64,000 nucleotides of DNA, taken from assembly GCA_964016885.1 (NCBI GenBank), contig OZ024743.1, positions 110,298,001-110,362,000 of the forward strand. Direction: 5' to 3'. This document shows positions 15,511 through 29,185 of this stretch, piece by piece. The notes beneath the pieces were generated by a model. The model was given only the letters and a program-made list of their open reading frames with translations. It did not search any database and was not told the origin of the DNA. Position 1 is the first letter of the stretch. Every line of letters starts with the position of its first letter. The translations under genes were made by a program, and so were the position numbers. The DNA is from Eledone cirrhosa. Its lineage: Eukaryota.

Positions 15511-16188
15511 TATTATGTATATTGCAGTTTTGTTGAAGGTAAACTGAATTGATTTGATTTAACATTTGCACTTAAAACTACTTATTTTTGTGTTGGGTGG
15601 CTAGTGATTTCCAAATATTCATGCTTATTTCAGACATACTATCTACTTCACTGCCGTAAAATATATTGAATGGGAAACAAGAGAAAAAATTAGCAGCCAA
15701 CTTGTCATGATAAGGTTTTATAATATCAAATAATGAAACATGATACATCGGCTAATGGGCGAATCTTACAGATTAAGAAATAGTTTTTTCTCGTTAAAGA
15801 TGTGATTTCTGATGCGCTGCAGCTCAGTTTCTTCTCTGTTACATTACGGTAAATAGATAGTGCGTTTCATTCGTTTCTTACGACTCATATATATGAAGAA
15901 ATTACGAATTCACTAATTTCCATGTAACGCTTCTACCAAAAAGCTATATACACACATTTATAATATAAACACATATATATCTGTGTATACCAAGATGAAT
16001 ACACACAAATTAATAAGTAGAGGATACATCATAGACATATACATACACATATATATATATATATACATTTACGTACGTACATATATACATAGAGATGTAC
16101 GTACACATATATATGCATCCACACATACATATTTACGTGCGTACTTGCATAGACACATACATATATGTATTCATAGATTTATACGTAC

Positions 16189-16283
<95 letters not shown>

Positions 16284-16983
16284 TACGCACATATAATCAA
16301 ACATATATATTTGCATACATGCATACGTACATTAGATATTGTGAAATAGTTTTCTTTGAAGCTTCTTATATTTCTCTATTCATGACAAATCATGTTTTTT
16401 TTTCTGAAAAGAAGATTCATATTTCCAACAATTTAATATCCGTTTGAATCCTTCTTCGCTTTTCATCCGAAGAAGAAACGAAAATCCTTTAAAATGATGC
16501 CACAGGGAAGATTCTCTTTTCTCTATAGGTTTATGATAACATATGTTCAACTTGATTTTTTTATAAAGTCAAGAAAACTAGCTTGTCAAGTAATAATGGA
16601 CAAAAACCATTTACAGAAATAAATTGTATTTGTAATACATATGCATCTTGTACCTTTGTTAGTTGATATAGTTATATGACTCGTTGCTAAATGTCCAAAT
16701 GTAATTTGAATAAAATAACGTTACAAATCACAGCTTACACAACTAAATATTCAGATTTGATCCTAGATATTAAGGGCTGTCAATTTTCAGCATTTCAAAA
16801 ATATAGGTAGCGCTGTAATCATTACAATAGTTCCCATATATAAATTTATAGAGTAATCCTTCCAAATTTACTTCAACATAAAAATCATGATACCATTATT
16901 TATTAAATAAATATGTCTGCTACAAAGCAGATGCCCGTATATTTGTGTTTTTGTATTTCCAATACCATCGACGTACAATATAT

Positions 16984-17071
<88 letters not shown>

Positions 17072-17164
17072 GTGCAACAGGTTCAGTAAATTAGAAGAAT
17101 TCAGAAAGTCTAGAGAAAACTGTTGAGAGTACAATGTCAGCACTCGACGCAGAACAGCGAGTAT

Positions 17165-18105
17165 ATAATAAGAACCAAGTAGAGGTGTTACATATGATAG
17201 GTATTGCTCAACCAAGTTACAACTGTTACACAGGCAGCCGGCTCGTGATATGGGGTCATCATCCCAAACCAAGCTCTAAGTCTGCCTGATACTCAAATTA
17301 GAGTTATCACAACAAGAATCACATCAAATCTGAGTAACATGGACAGGTCTACTTGCGCATCTTCTTCTAAGGACATACCAATACCGGATAGCAACACCTA
17401 TCTGTGTAGGTTGTTACCGTACACGAACTCATTTACCTAACTGTTGTGGTGGCGTGCCGGCCATTTTGACCTCACATCCACCACGGACTACTTTAAACCT
17501 GACGCTGTCCCTTCGGACCTAAAGGGTTACTTCAATTCGCTTATGAACACCTCTCTCAATGTACATCTGCTTAAATTTGAGGGTAGGCTTGGATTGTGTT
17601 TAGATTTGTTCATTATGTATGTATATGTATGTGTGTATTTATATGTATGTGTGTGTATATATGTGTGTATGTGAGCGTGTGAGGATGTGTGTATGCATAT
17701 GTTTGTATGTATGTGTGTGTCTATGTATTAGTATCTATATGTGCAATTTCTACATGAGGGAGGGTGTGTGTGTGTGCGTAGGTGTTTTATGAATGTGTGT
17801 ATTTGAGTGTGTGCGTGATCATATATCTTTTGTTTTTGTTTTCATTTTTGTTTATAAAGGTTATTTTTTTTCTAATGCTCGGATTCTAGGCCTGTGATTG
17901 GTCATACCATATGCTTGTTTGTGTCTAGCTTGTTCGTCTTCAGATTTGATGGAATTTGTGTTGTGTTAACACTGGTCTGGGGATCATGCAGACTTGGAGT
18001 CTGGTCTGGGATGTGACCTCAGTGGACGGTCGGCTGCCTGGTAAACATTTGTAACTGGGTTAAGCAATAAATCTCATATGTAACCCGTCTCCTTTGTTCT
18101 TATAT
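17165..18105. mobile_element. Old fold-back element (diverged inverted repeats 17165-17340 / 17935-18105), probably PLE-derived
   Basis: aagaaccaagtagaggtgttacatatga...caggcagccg...catcaaatctga has a reverse-complement match at 17935-18105; flanked by (TA)n; hammerhead-like relic ctcagt...AAA-CATTTG-TA-actggg. Confidence 0.6.
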
Positions 18106-18120
18106 ATATATATATATATA

Positions 18121-18227
18121 TATGCAAAAGTTATATTTAAAGTTGTTGGGATACAACAAGTAAATATTTTTGTAACTGATATAAAGCACTCGACAAGTTT
18201 TTGGAGTAGATATACGATATTAATATC

Positions 18228-18232
<5 letters not shown>
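18121..18232 (-). mobile_element. Short PLE pLTR remnant (family of 43045-43395 and 46414-46785)
   Basis: High similarity to 43045-43145; ends in the mini-hairpin tacgatattaatatcgta; lies in (TA)n. Confidence 0.75.
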
Positions 18233-18259
<27 letters not shown>

Positions 18260-18299
18260 TCAAATGATATACTATTAAACCTGTTCTAATCTCGCATAT

Positions 18300-19420
18300 A
18301 TCCAATGCATAGGATGCCATACCAGATACTACGAACCGGCAGCCAAGAAGATTCAACTTATAAATTCATTCGTAGCTCCACACGAAATTTACATCAAAGA
18401 TCTAAATATATGATGGTGGTCCATCGGGTCTTTATAAGGTTGCACTCTATTGCCTTCGAACCATCGATCATTACCATAAATTCAGAAAGGCAAAGCTGTT
18501 TGCCATGCTTGAGAACTCGGAATTTAGAATCAAGAGGTCAATCCGGGCCATGCTTATGGCGGGCAAATAATAGAAGTTCCATGTGGCGGTATATACAGCA
18601 CAAGAAAGCTTTATGATCAGAGATATAATGGGAAACATTCAGGCTAATAGGAAAGGACAGGGGCCGTAACACAAATTTAATGGTGGTCAGATAATACAGA
18701 GCCAGTGGAATATGTGGGAAGGTGCATTCCAGAGGTGTCTCAGTTGGACTGCGATGTGGCCTATGGCACCCTTCAGACTCTTTTTCTCTTCAGATCTGTC
18801 TATGATCTCATGTCCTCGTATACGAATTTAATCAAGTGGGGCAAATCGTATTCTGTGAAGGTAGAGAGACATTGGAACACATTCTGATCTCATTCAGTGT
18901 AGCACTAGCCAAGAGTAGAATCACGTGGATACACAATCACGTCCCGGAGGCCATCATACATGTAATAAGTACGGCTAAAGTAAAACCGGTAGTACAAGAA
19001 TATCAAACAACATTTTATAAGGCAGGCGACAGTAAATCATGGTCAGGAACATCTGTGTCATACAGGACATGGAGATCGAGTTGTCGGGCTGGTGAAGGCG
19101 ACTGCGATTGTACAGCAAATCTCCAAATGATAGCAAAACAACCAGAATTCATAATAAAGTATGGTTTGAAACCTGATATCGTGCTCCATTTCATTTCATC
19201 AAACAGCTGATTTGGATTGGAATTACTCTCTTTTTTTAAAGTAGATTAGAAGAAGCACGCTTATTCAAGATCGAAAAATTCGCCAGTTTGGCCAACAGCC
19301 GTCTTCCGCGGAAGCAGGGTCTTGGTGGGCAGATATGCCTACAACTTTTAGTCTATGTGAAGACAAGGACCAAAACCCTAAAAGCAATATGAGATGCATG
19401 GTTTGTAAGGTTGGCGACAG
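18300..19420 (+). mobile_element. RLE-type (restriction-like endonuclease) non-LTR retrotransposon 3' fragment, HERO/NeSL-like
   Basis: ETLEHIL...ALAKSRITWIHNHV (zinc-knuckle/RHN region), KPDIVL, then RLEEARLFKIEKF (PD..E..K RLE pattern); contains stops and frameshifts. Confidence 0.75.
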
Positions 19421-20864
19421 TATGTTGAGGTTTCACTGTGCACCATGACAACCCAAGTTAGTTTTCCCACTTAAGAAAGTGTTAAGATATAAGTTTGAAA
19501 TCATAGTAGTTGCACCGTTATCCTGTCAACAAAATAACTATACTATTTAAATGGTTAAATATCTGCCAAAAGCTGGACAGGCCATTACCTTGATGCTGCC
19601 CGGCCCACATAGAGTGAAAGATTGTAAGGACCGAAACACTCGCGTGAGGGAGGCTTCTTGTCTAAAGATCTTCTGCTGTCCAGCGCTCCTGAGCGACTCT
19701 TTCCAGAGTTTTTATTTTCTAAAACCCATGCAAAATAATGAACATCGAGTTTAGTAGGAGATCCATTAATCATGAAATCAACAAGGAGTTTCCCACGTTT
19801 GAGCTAATTCTGATTCTGTTATTCGTAGTGACTTTTCTTATTGCTGTCATGCACTCGTTGTTGATTGTACTTATATTGTTAATGCTCTTGTAGATATCCT
19901 TATAATTTCGTTGATTAGAGATAGGGCAGCCCAATCTGATCCCATCTTTTACGATATCTAGGGCAGACATGGAGGGAATGGTGTGTCCTGGAGAATTTAC
20001 TCCAGTTTCAAAAACATCACCAGCCTCCATTTCCCGCAATCTATTCTGTCGAATTATGGATAATTTGACATTATGTATTCAGAATATTTAAAAAGACCGT
20101 GTGTAACCATATGTTCACCAATATGCGTACAGTAAATGAGGTAGAAATATCTGTTTAGCAGTGTAATTTGGAGATAGTTGAGCTTGGATAGAAATGTTAC
20201 TTAATGTCTTTACCCACAACATAACACCACATATTAAAGGTCTTTCGAATTTGTTTATAAAGAGACAGAAAAATTGTGCCCAGTACTAATATAACATGTG
20301 TGAGATCGTAGAGAGATTATAACATTACTAGTTGTATCAATCTTAGCTGGTATTTGAAAATTTCTCTCTCACTCACATGCATATTACACACTGACCTATT
20401 CATCATATTTATGTATGTCAGTTAAAATAAGGTATGCGTTTCTATGACGACATTTTGTATTGCATGCAGCAAATATGTGATTTTATATTTTTTAATAGAT
20501 CATTCGTGCTTAATCTGTAGATAGAATACAAGGGCATGCTCTATTTATATGTGCCTATCTCTAGAAATATACAAAAAACGTATTTAACAAGACAAATACG
20601 CGTTCTGTAAGATAGCGAGATCGCACTAGTATGCTTACACATACACCAGGTTAAATATATAAATATATGTATGTGTCTGTGTTTTGATAATCGTATAGGT
20701 GTGTAAATATGATCATATATAATTCGCATTCACTTTCCTATGAGAGGTTATAAATATGTACATATCTCATTTGAATTATTTAATATATCTTTGACAAACG
20801 TCTACATATGCTACATATCTTAGACTTACAGCCACATGCACACACAAATGCACACACATATACT

Positions 20865-21078
<214 letters not shown>

Positions 21079-21548
21079 CCTTTTGTTTCCTCATCGTTAT
21101 ATATTATATATTGTCAGGCAGGAATAGCAAAAACACTTATGTATTACATTTGTTTACTAACAATGACAAATACACTGTATCAGAAGAGAAAAATATATAG
21201 TGCTTCCGGCTTGAAGAGAATGTTGTCAAATCGAGAATGATATACTCTTTTAGCTCTAGTGGAAATTATAATGGAAAGCAATATTCAAATTGACTTTCCG
21301 ATTGTCTGATTGCAGAGAAAAGTGTAGAAACTAAATTATAGCAAAACCTCGAGGAAAAAAAAAGTAAATTCTAGATGTATACCGGGAGGTGATTGTACAA
21401 AATCTATTATCTATAATTGTATTTTCCTTCATCACAATTCAATGGCGCCAACACATATTGCATTATATATGTGTATATTTATTCCTGTATGCATGTATAT
21501 GTATAAATACAGGTATGTGTGTATGTGCTTGCATATATATATATATAA

Positions 21549-21661
<113 letters not shown>

Positions 21662-23813
21662 CACGTGTGTATATGTACATATGTACATATGTATATATGC
21701 GTGTGTGCGTGTATTTTGAAATATTCATTTATACACGGATTTACAGACATACATACTTATGCTTAAAATGCATGTAAGCTTACATGGCTTATACTTGATC
21801 TATATATGGCACAAGAAGAGAGTCTATATGAAAAACAATCTTAACAAAATTGTATATTTACTCGGTATTTCCATCGCTATGCATCTCCATCTTTGTATAT
21901 AGTCTAATTTGTCATCTCTCAGGAATTTAATATTTTATTCCATTTACAATTCCTGGAACTTGAACATAGTCGTTATTTCATGTTCAAACATTTCTGTATA
22001 GTTTCTAAACCATACTCTCTACGTCTTATTGCATTTGGTATACTAGACTCGTATGTTATACACATTTTAAAGCCCAGGAGCACAGACAACGTATTATTTG
22101 GAACATTATTGCAACGCACTGTATCCAGCTTAATTCGAAATTATATACGAAAATGTTTTGTTTCTACTGAAAGTTGATTTTCATAGAGATAAATCAAGTG
22201 GCTCATAAATCCTTGTTTCCATGTTTAAACTAAGGAAATGTATTACAATCGTTCCGGTACACATCTCTATAATATTTCAATGTTTAATGTTTTGTTTCTT
22301 TTTTTAATAATTTCTATATTCTAATTTCAAACTGTGACTATGACATATACAATCTCTATGATTGCGGCTACTCTATTGTCGTTGATTTTAAAGGCAATGA
22401 CTATGATGATAGTGTTTCAGATATTGATGATTAAGATCAGGTGGCTATTAATGAAGAATAGGACTGTAAACAAGAATCTTCAAACTATCTCTGAGAGTCT
22501 TTCCATCCGCACGGGTTACAAACTTTGTATCCATAAATCCATAGAAGATCCATACTGCAACTAATTTCCTGATGTCTCTCGTCTTCAAGAAAGTCAATTC
22601 CCTGAATTTACAACAGACAGGAGAAAAATACATTATAGTTCCTGCTAATTAACACTCTTAAATTCACAGCATTGCTAATTAATTTCCGTCTCGTTGCAAC
22701 ATAAGCTGACAATTTATATTTTCTCTTACAGAATTCCTCGATATTGATATATCATACTTCAGCTGAAGTTACATAGCTTAGTGATTTGTGTATTGGGCAC
22801 ACAATTTGTGAAATCAATTCATTGACTTGGTAGCGCGTTTTAAACTTGTGCAAAACGCTATATTTCATTGTGCTCCAGTTCATTGACCGGATTGACTAGT
22901 TCGTTGACCGATATGACTAGTTCTAATATTAGGAGACCTTTTCCTTTCCCTTTAACTTCAACGGTGATAGGGAAATGGGAGACTTGCATGCATAAGAGAC
23001 TTGATTTTGCAGATTAAAACACACTGCTAACGCGGGTGCATCAGAGAGCAACATTGTCATTGTAAAGTGATGGCCAACCATGGCCGCGGGGGCATTTGAT
23101 GTTTCATTTATGTTGCTCACAATTTACTACATCAACATTCATAATGTGTGCTCTTATTTATACATTAATCTCATACATATAATCGCAAACACATAGCTCC
23201 ATATACGCCCACATGTCAATACACCCAGTCGGTCGCAGAGTCAAAGTCCCCATGGAGGTGGGGAGAGGGTAAATGGTAGTATTCGGCGCGTTACTTTTAC
23301 TTGTGCTATTTATCCCTGACTCAATCTTGCGAGGGGGGTTGGGTTCGAGGTAGGATATCGTGCGGGTATTCGGATCACAAACCGAGGTTGGGCGCCGGGG
23401 CCCGCTGGTCGGAAACTTGGGGTGACTGTTTGCACAGAGGATAGGACTCCACCGACGTACTACGTCTATTTATATTATCTAGTGTCAGCTAACTTCTGTT
23501 CTGGTTAAGGGAGTGAGATAGAGGCGGTTGACCACAGCGGTGTGAGACATGGTTTTAGCTGCTAGGTGGGTGTGTTGCAATAGGAGTCGATCGAGGCGGG
23601 AGTAGGGGTGGATAGTGTGTAGTGGGTTGTTTACCTTGGGATCTGTGTGGCGGGACTACTGTCCCTCTAGCTTGAGGGAAGTTCACATCCCAATGTGTTG
23701 TTATTATTATCCATATAGCTTGAGGAAGGTTCCGGCCCTGAGGTGTCTATATGTACCAAATAAGTCGGTACACCTCACGGCCGGAACCTTCCTCAAGCTA
23801 TATGGATAATAAT

Positions 23814-23970
23814 TGTTTCTACTTTAGGCACAAGGCCAGCAATTAGCCAGTGCATTACTGGTACTTTATTTTATCGACACAGGCGGGATTTGAACTCAGA
23901 TCGTAAAGGGACGCAACTATGCTGGAAAGCATGGCGTCCGACTCTCTACCGATACTGCCAATCCACCGCC
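23814..23970 (-). mobile_element. tRNA-derived SINE with 16-bp TSD
   Basis: TSD ctatatggataataat at 23798-23813 and 23971-23986; A/B boxes on the minus strand. Confidence 0.9.
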
Positions 23971-24366
23971 CTATATGGATAATAATAACAGCACATTGGG
24001 AGGGGAACTTCCCTCAAGCTATAGGGACAGTATCCCAGCAGCATACTGAAGCTAACCTGCCAGCTGACACCTTAACACGACTGCCACTACCAACACAATG
24101 GAGGAGGTCAGCTGCACTTAAACATTCTGATAAAACAACTATAACAGGCTCACTTGCCTCAGTAGAATTTCTATAGACTTTTGACTGAGGAATGTTCTCA
24201 CAACTGACCAATGGGATACAACCGTGTCTCATGACGCTGAAGTTCGTTTGTTCTAGTTCCTCGGAGTAATAACAACACGCCCAGGAGCTGAACATATCGA
24301 TGTATTGACGGAGTGAAACACACTTCAACAACATGTGTACCTGTCTTTTCCACGCCAATTCGGAGA

Positions 24367-24415
24367 GCCTGAAGAGGTCACAGCCAATGATGGCTGTCAC
24401 CGAAATATATATAGC
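24367..24415 (+). ncRNA. Minimal type-I hammerhead ribozyme
   Basis: CTGAAGA-GGTCACAGCCA/ATGA/TGGCTGTCACC-GAAA-TATATA-TA; stem II is 10/11 paired, stem I is weak. Confidence 0.7.
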
Positions 24416-24476
24416 AGTAATTTTTAATTTATAGTAAACGAAGCCAAATTTTACATATTTGACTTAATTATTTTAT

Positions 24477-24507
<31 letters not shown>

Positions 24508-24662
24508 ATATTAAGGATACTATTTATGGTTATGTATATACTAAAACGTTTTATAGTTATATATATTTTAAGTGAAGGTCAGTAATTTAATACTACCTTA
24601 TTACCAGTAAGATAAATAGCTTAATGTAATAATATCAGTTGTTCTACAGAGCAGTTATATAG

Positions 24663-25020
24663 AATTCACAAGAATCAAAGCTATGTTCAAAGCAATCATT
24701 CACTTACAATTGTTTCATCCAAACCTATGTTTGGAGTCTTCGGAGCATTTTTCAATGTTTGTACACATAATTGACCTCCTTTCCATCGCAAGAGACATAC
24801 ATATACATATGTATATATTGATGTACAGTAATATAATATAATATATGTCACTCCACTGTACATCAATATATACATATGTATATGTATGTCTCTTGCGTTG
24901 GAAAGGAAGTCAATTATGTGTACAAACATTGAAAAATGCTCCGAATAATCCAAGCCTAGGTTTGGATGAAACAATTGTAAGTGAATAAATGCTTTGAACA
25001 TAGCTTTGATTCTTGTGAAC
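24663..25020. mobile_element. Fold-back pLTR element (~165-bp arms) with a variant hammerhead in each arm
   Basis: Inverted repeat centred near 24842; arm consensus gct-CCGAAGA-atccaaac/ctag/gtttggat-GAAA-CAATTG-TA-agt (right-arm copy 24937-24983). Confidence 0.75.
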
Positions 25021-25184
25021 TATATATATATATATATATATTAAAGAGTTAAGCAAGATTCAATGAGTACATCAAAGAACGAGTTTTCCAGTAGAGTGGA
25101 AGCACTCTACAAAAAATAATTTTCTAGAGTCATTAATATAAAAATACAAATATTAATAACATGGATCTTCTTTTGATCAATTAC

Positions 25185-25237
25185 ATTTTATTGTACATAT
25201 TTCAGAGATACAACAGTATGTCCTCATCAGACAAAAT
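25185..25237 (-). ncRNA. Hammerhead ribozyme copy in the inverted pLTR (U16.1>C, probably inactive)
   Basis: Reverse complement: attttgt-CTGATGA-GGACATAC/TGTT/GTATCTCT-GAAA-TATGTA-CA-ataaaat. Confidence 0.7.
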
Positions 25238-26205
25238 ATAATGATACATGATACATGACATACCGTGAGATGTTAAATGGTTAAGATTTAATCAAGGTAG
25301 TGATTATACCCTAATAATGAGAAAATGTGAAAACGTAATAAATTCAATAGAGAATGTGTGAGTAAGAAAAACGTTGGTTAATGTGACAGCTATAGAGATT
25401 TTAAAATGTAGGATACTACAAGTTATGGTTATCTAGGAAAACATCTCATGAATTATAACAGTCCACGAGGGCCGCTGAAAGATAATTTAACTTTAGCATG
25501 TTTGAATCTATTATTATTCTATATTCGTTATCATTTACCTAAAGTATCATTAATATATCTCTATATACCTAATCGTTATTTAAATATTTCTAACAATAAG
25601 TACTTCATAAGCTTTACATACCGAAATTGTTGACATTTTTATAGGTAATCTTCGTTAAAGATTACATTTAGGAAAATATTCAACAGTGTAAATGTTCCTT
25701 TCGCTGGCCAGGTAAATCCTTTAAATGTTATCCTCATAAAATGCAGAAGCTTAGAAATGTTAACACACTTATAGAATTTATAAAATTAATAAATATAAAT
25801 AACCAGCAACGTTAAAAAAATACCTAAAATTTTTAATCTTCAACCATAAAATAACATAAATTATATATTTTGAAACTTAACCGTTTAGCTTTTGGTGAAA
25901 AAAATCTCTTTCTGCATATATTACTCCCCTTTATCTTTCCCTCTCTTTAAATCATCTATCGCGGCCCTCATGGACTGTTATAATTCATGAGATATTTTCC
26001 TAGATAACCATAACTTGTAGTATCCTACATTTTAAAATCTCTATAGCTGTCACATTAACCAAGGTTTTGCTTACTCTATTGAATTTATTACGTTTTCGCA
26101 TTTTCTCATAATTAGGGTATAAATGTTGAGTTTTCTCTTGGGTTAATCACTACCTTGATTAAATCTTAACCATTTAACATCTCAGGGTATGTCATGTATC
26201 ATTAT

Positions 26206-26258
26206 ATTTTGTCTGATGAGGACGTACTGTTGTACCTCTGAAATATGTATAATAAAAT
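26206..26258 (+). ncRNA. Minimal type-I hammerhead ribozyme (5' pLTR)
   Basis: attttgt-CTGATGA-GGACGTAC/TGTT/GTACCTCT-GAAA-TATGTA-TA-ataaaat: intact core, stems I and II, self-complementary hexamer in place of stem III. Confidence 0.88.
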
Positions 26259-26463
26259 TGTATTGATCAAAAGAACATATATTTTATTAATATTTGTATT
26301 TTAATATTAATAACTCTGGGAAATTATTTACAGTAGAGTGCTTCCAATCTACTGTAAAACTCATTGTTTCATGTACTCATTGAATCCTGTTTAACTCTTT
26401 AATATATACTGCTCCCAACTGGTTGAGCGCTTTTCTCTACAATAGATTGCATATTCAATATAT

Positions 26464-28530
26464 ATGGATTTCTTCAACTCCCGACTTCCCTCAAAGAACA
26501 AACTTCTGGAGGTTTTTGAAACAGAATTGCTCGGTATAATTAAACAAATTAAATTTAGGAGAAACCCATATATAGGTCACCAATATCTTAGAACTCTAAA
26601 AGAAAAAAAAATCACGTAAATAAAACATGTTAACAAAGCATTGGTTAAATCGGACAGAACAAATAATTTATATGCGATAAACAAAGATGAATATAACAAC
26701 TTGATTTGAAAGGAACTTAGGAAATATTACAAAAAAGCCCCGGCTGATGATCTTACTGAAATTAACGAAGAAGCCTATAAATTACTTACCAATTTAGGAA
26801 TAGAAGGAAGAACCGAGCCATTCTTACCTAGACAGCTGAGGATTAACTTGAAGGATCACAAAAGAAACTTTGAGGAAGAGATGCCAGTTAGATTGATTGC
26901 TCCATCCAAATCGGATATTGGAGTAATCAGTAAAAACATCGTCGATAGAATCTTACCCGCTCTTAAATTGAGATCTAATTTGAGCTTGTGGAAAGATACA
27001 AATGAAGTCATAGAATGGTACAGGAATATAGATGATAAGAAAAACCATACATTCATCCAGATGGACATTACAAGCTACTATTCTTCCATAACACCTAAGC
27101 TTCTAAATGAGGCTCTTTCATATGCTTATAAGCATACTGATATAACCACGGATGAAATTGATATCATACTAACAGCCAGAGGAACTCTTATTAACTTCAA
27201 CAATGAATATTGGACCCGCTCAGATAGAGATAGAAACTTTGATATCACTTTGGGGGCATCCGATTCCGCGCAAATCACAGATCTTCTGGGAATGTTCATA
27301 TTAAATATGATAAATAGAAAACTGCCGAAGATTACCGGTGGTTAATATAGGGATGATATCTTATTTACGGTGGTCAAACACAACAATATAGACTACAGAG
27401 ACTAAAGAAAAGTATAATAGAATACTTTAAAATGTATGACCTTAAATTAGAAGTAGAAAATGATACCAAAATAGTTAATTTCCTAGACGTTACATTTAAC
27501 TTAAACACTGGCTTTTATTACCCTTTTCATAAGCCCAATGAAAACTTAAACTGTGTTAGTAACAATTCCAATAACCCTAAATCTGTAAAAAATAAGCCAT
27601 AGTAAATAGTGTGCAAAAACGAATTAATAAAATATCAGCCAATAAAGCTATATTTGATGAAAACGCTGAATGCTACAACAACGCGTTAAAAAGAGCAGGA
27701 TATGTGAATAATATGTAGATAATAATAATCCAGGTATTAATCCTGATAAAAATAATAACATATATAAGAGAAACTCTAATAATTATAATTCAAACACCCA
27801 TACGCCAAATAAATTGAGGAAAAAAACTAGAACTAAATCAGTCATATGGTTCGCCCACGCCCCCTGCTTCGGTCGCACTTAGAACACCAATTGCAAAATT
27901 ATTCTGTAATGCTTTGGACACCTCTTTCCCTACCCAACATAAATACCATTCCATTTTTAATAGACACACCATTAAATTCTCATATTCTGCAACTATGAAC
28001 ATGGCCCAAAACATTGCCAAATTAAACACCAACATTCTAAAACAAAACCAGCATAATGATTTTAATAATAGAGTTAACATAAATGAAACTAAACCAAAAT
28101 GTAATTGTAGAAATAAAACTGATTGCCCTTTGCAAAATAATTGTCTAGATAGTAATTTGGTTTATAAATGCACCGTAAAAACTGATCACAATACATACAG
28201 CTACATAGGATCGACTTCTTCAACATTTAAAGCCAGATTTGCGAACCATAAATGCTCATTCACGAATTCCATTCACAGCTCATATGGTCATTAAAAGAGA
28301 GGAACTTAAAATACTCCATTCTTTGGACAAAGCTTCGGAATTGTGGAGTTTACCGCAACTCTAGTATCTCAAATAACTCCGCGCTCTGTACAATGGAGAC
28401 CATGTTCATTATTAATAGCTATGAGACCCTAATTAACAAAAACAGTGAATTATTCTCTAGTTGCCTTCACAAAGCTACGTCCACATTATTAGCCTCCCAC
28501 AAAACCAGAAAAAAGAGAAATAAACACTAA
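26464..28530 (+). pseudogene. PLE reverse transcriptase + GIY-YIG endonuclease, disrupted
   Basis: PVRLIAPSKSDIG, FIQMDITSYYSSI, FDITLGASDSAQ, GG*YRDD, VNFLDVTFNL, CNCRNKTDCPL...LVYK...YIGST..FKARFANH; several stops and frameshifts. Confidence 0.92.
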
Positions 28531-29080
28531 GCCATTAAAAAGTTGGTTTTCAGACTTAAATAACCAACATGGAAAAACATTAATGGCCTTTAATATTGCA
28601 TTATCTTATAACTATCTATAGAAGAAATAACGCTCGAATGAATGACACTTGTTCAATAACACGCTGACACGTTGATATACATAGCATAATATTATTAACT
28701 TTGATCCATACCATTATTTCTCTATTTTTATTTTCCTATCTAAGTTTTAAACTTTAGTTCAAATATCCAACCTGTTTATTTTTACGGAACTTATTTTTAA
28801 TTGTGAATCATTCATGTGTTTACATTTTCTATTTATAATATGTATGTACTTATGCCTTGTAAGTTTTTAAATATACCTACCTTAGTTTTATATTCATGAT
28901 TCAAATATAGAACACATATCCAACCTGTAAATTATTACGGACCTACTATGAACTCCGAGTTATCCATGCATTTATTATTTTTCTTATATATATGTATGTA
29001 TTTAACTGTAACACGTTGAAATCTATTATATACGATTATAATCGTTATCATTTACCTAAAGTATACTGTATCACTAATAC

Positions 29081-29185
<105 letters not shown>

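Larger units (their letters stand above)
23220..24480 (+). mobile_element. GC-richer PLE-like non-coding element with an internal hairpin and a 3' hammerhead
   Basis: Inverted repeat 23650-23745 / 23770-24040, interrupted by a SINE; hammerhead at 24367-24415; ends at (TA)n. Confidence 0.55.

Noticed and set aside
25030-26408. A-to-G editing signature in the Naiad-like inverted pLTR
   Set aside because: The mismatches inspected include A.C as well as G.T; no strand bias was evident
26707-26709. In-frame TGA in the Naiad-like ORF as possible selenocysteine
   Set aside because: The linker Cys codons are ordinary TGT/TGC, the ORF has other stops and frameshifts, and no SECIS was recognised
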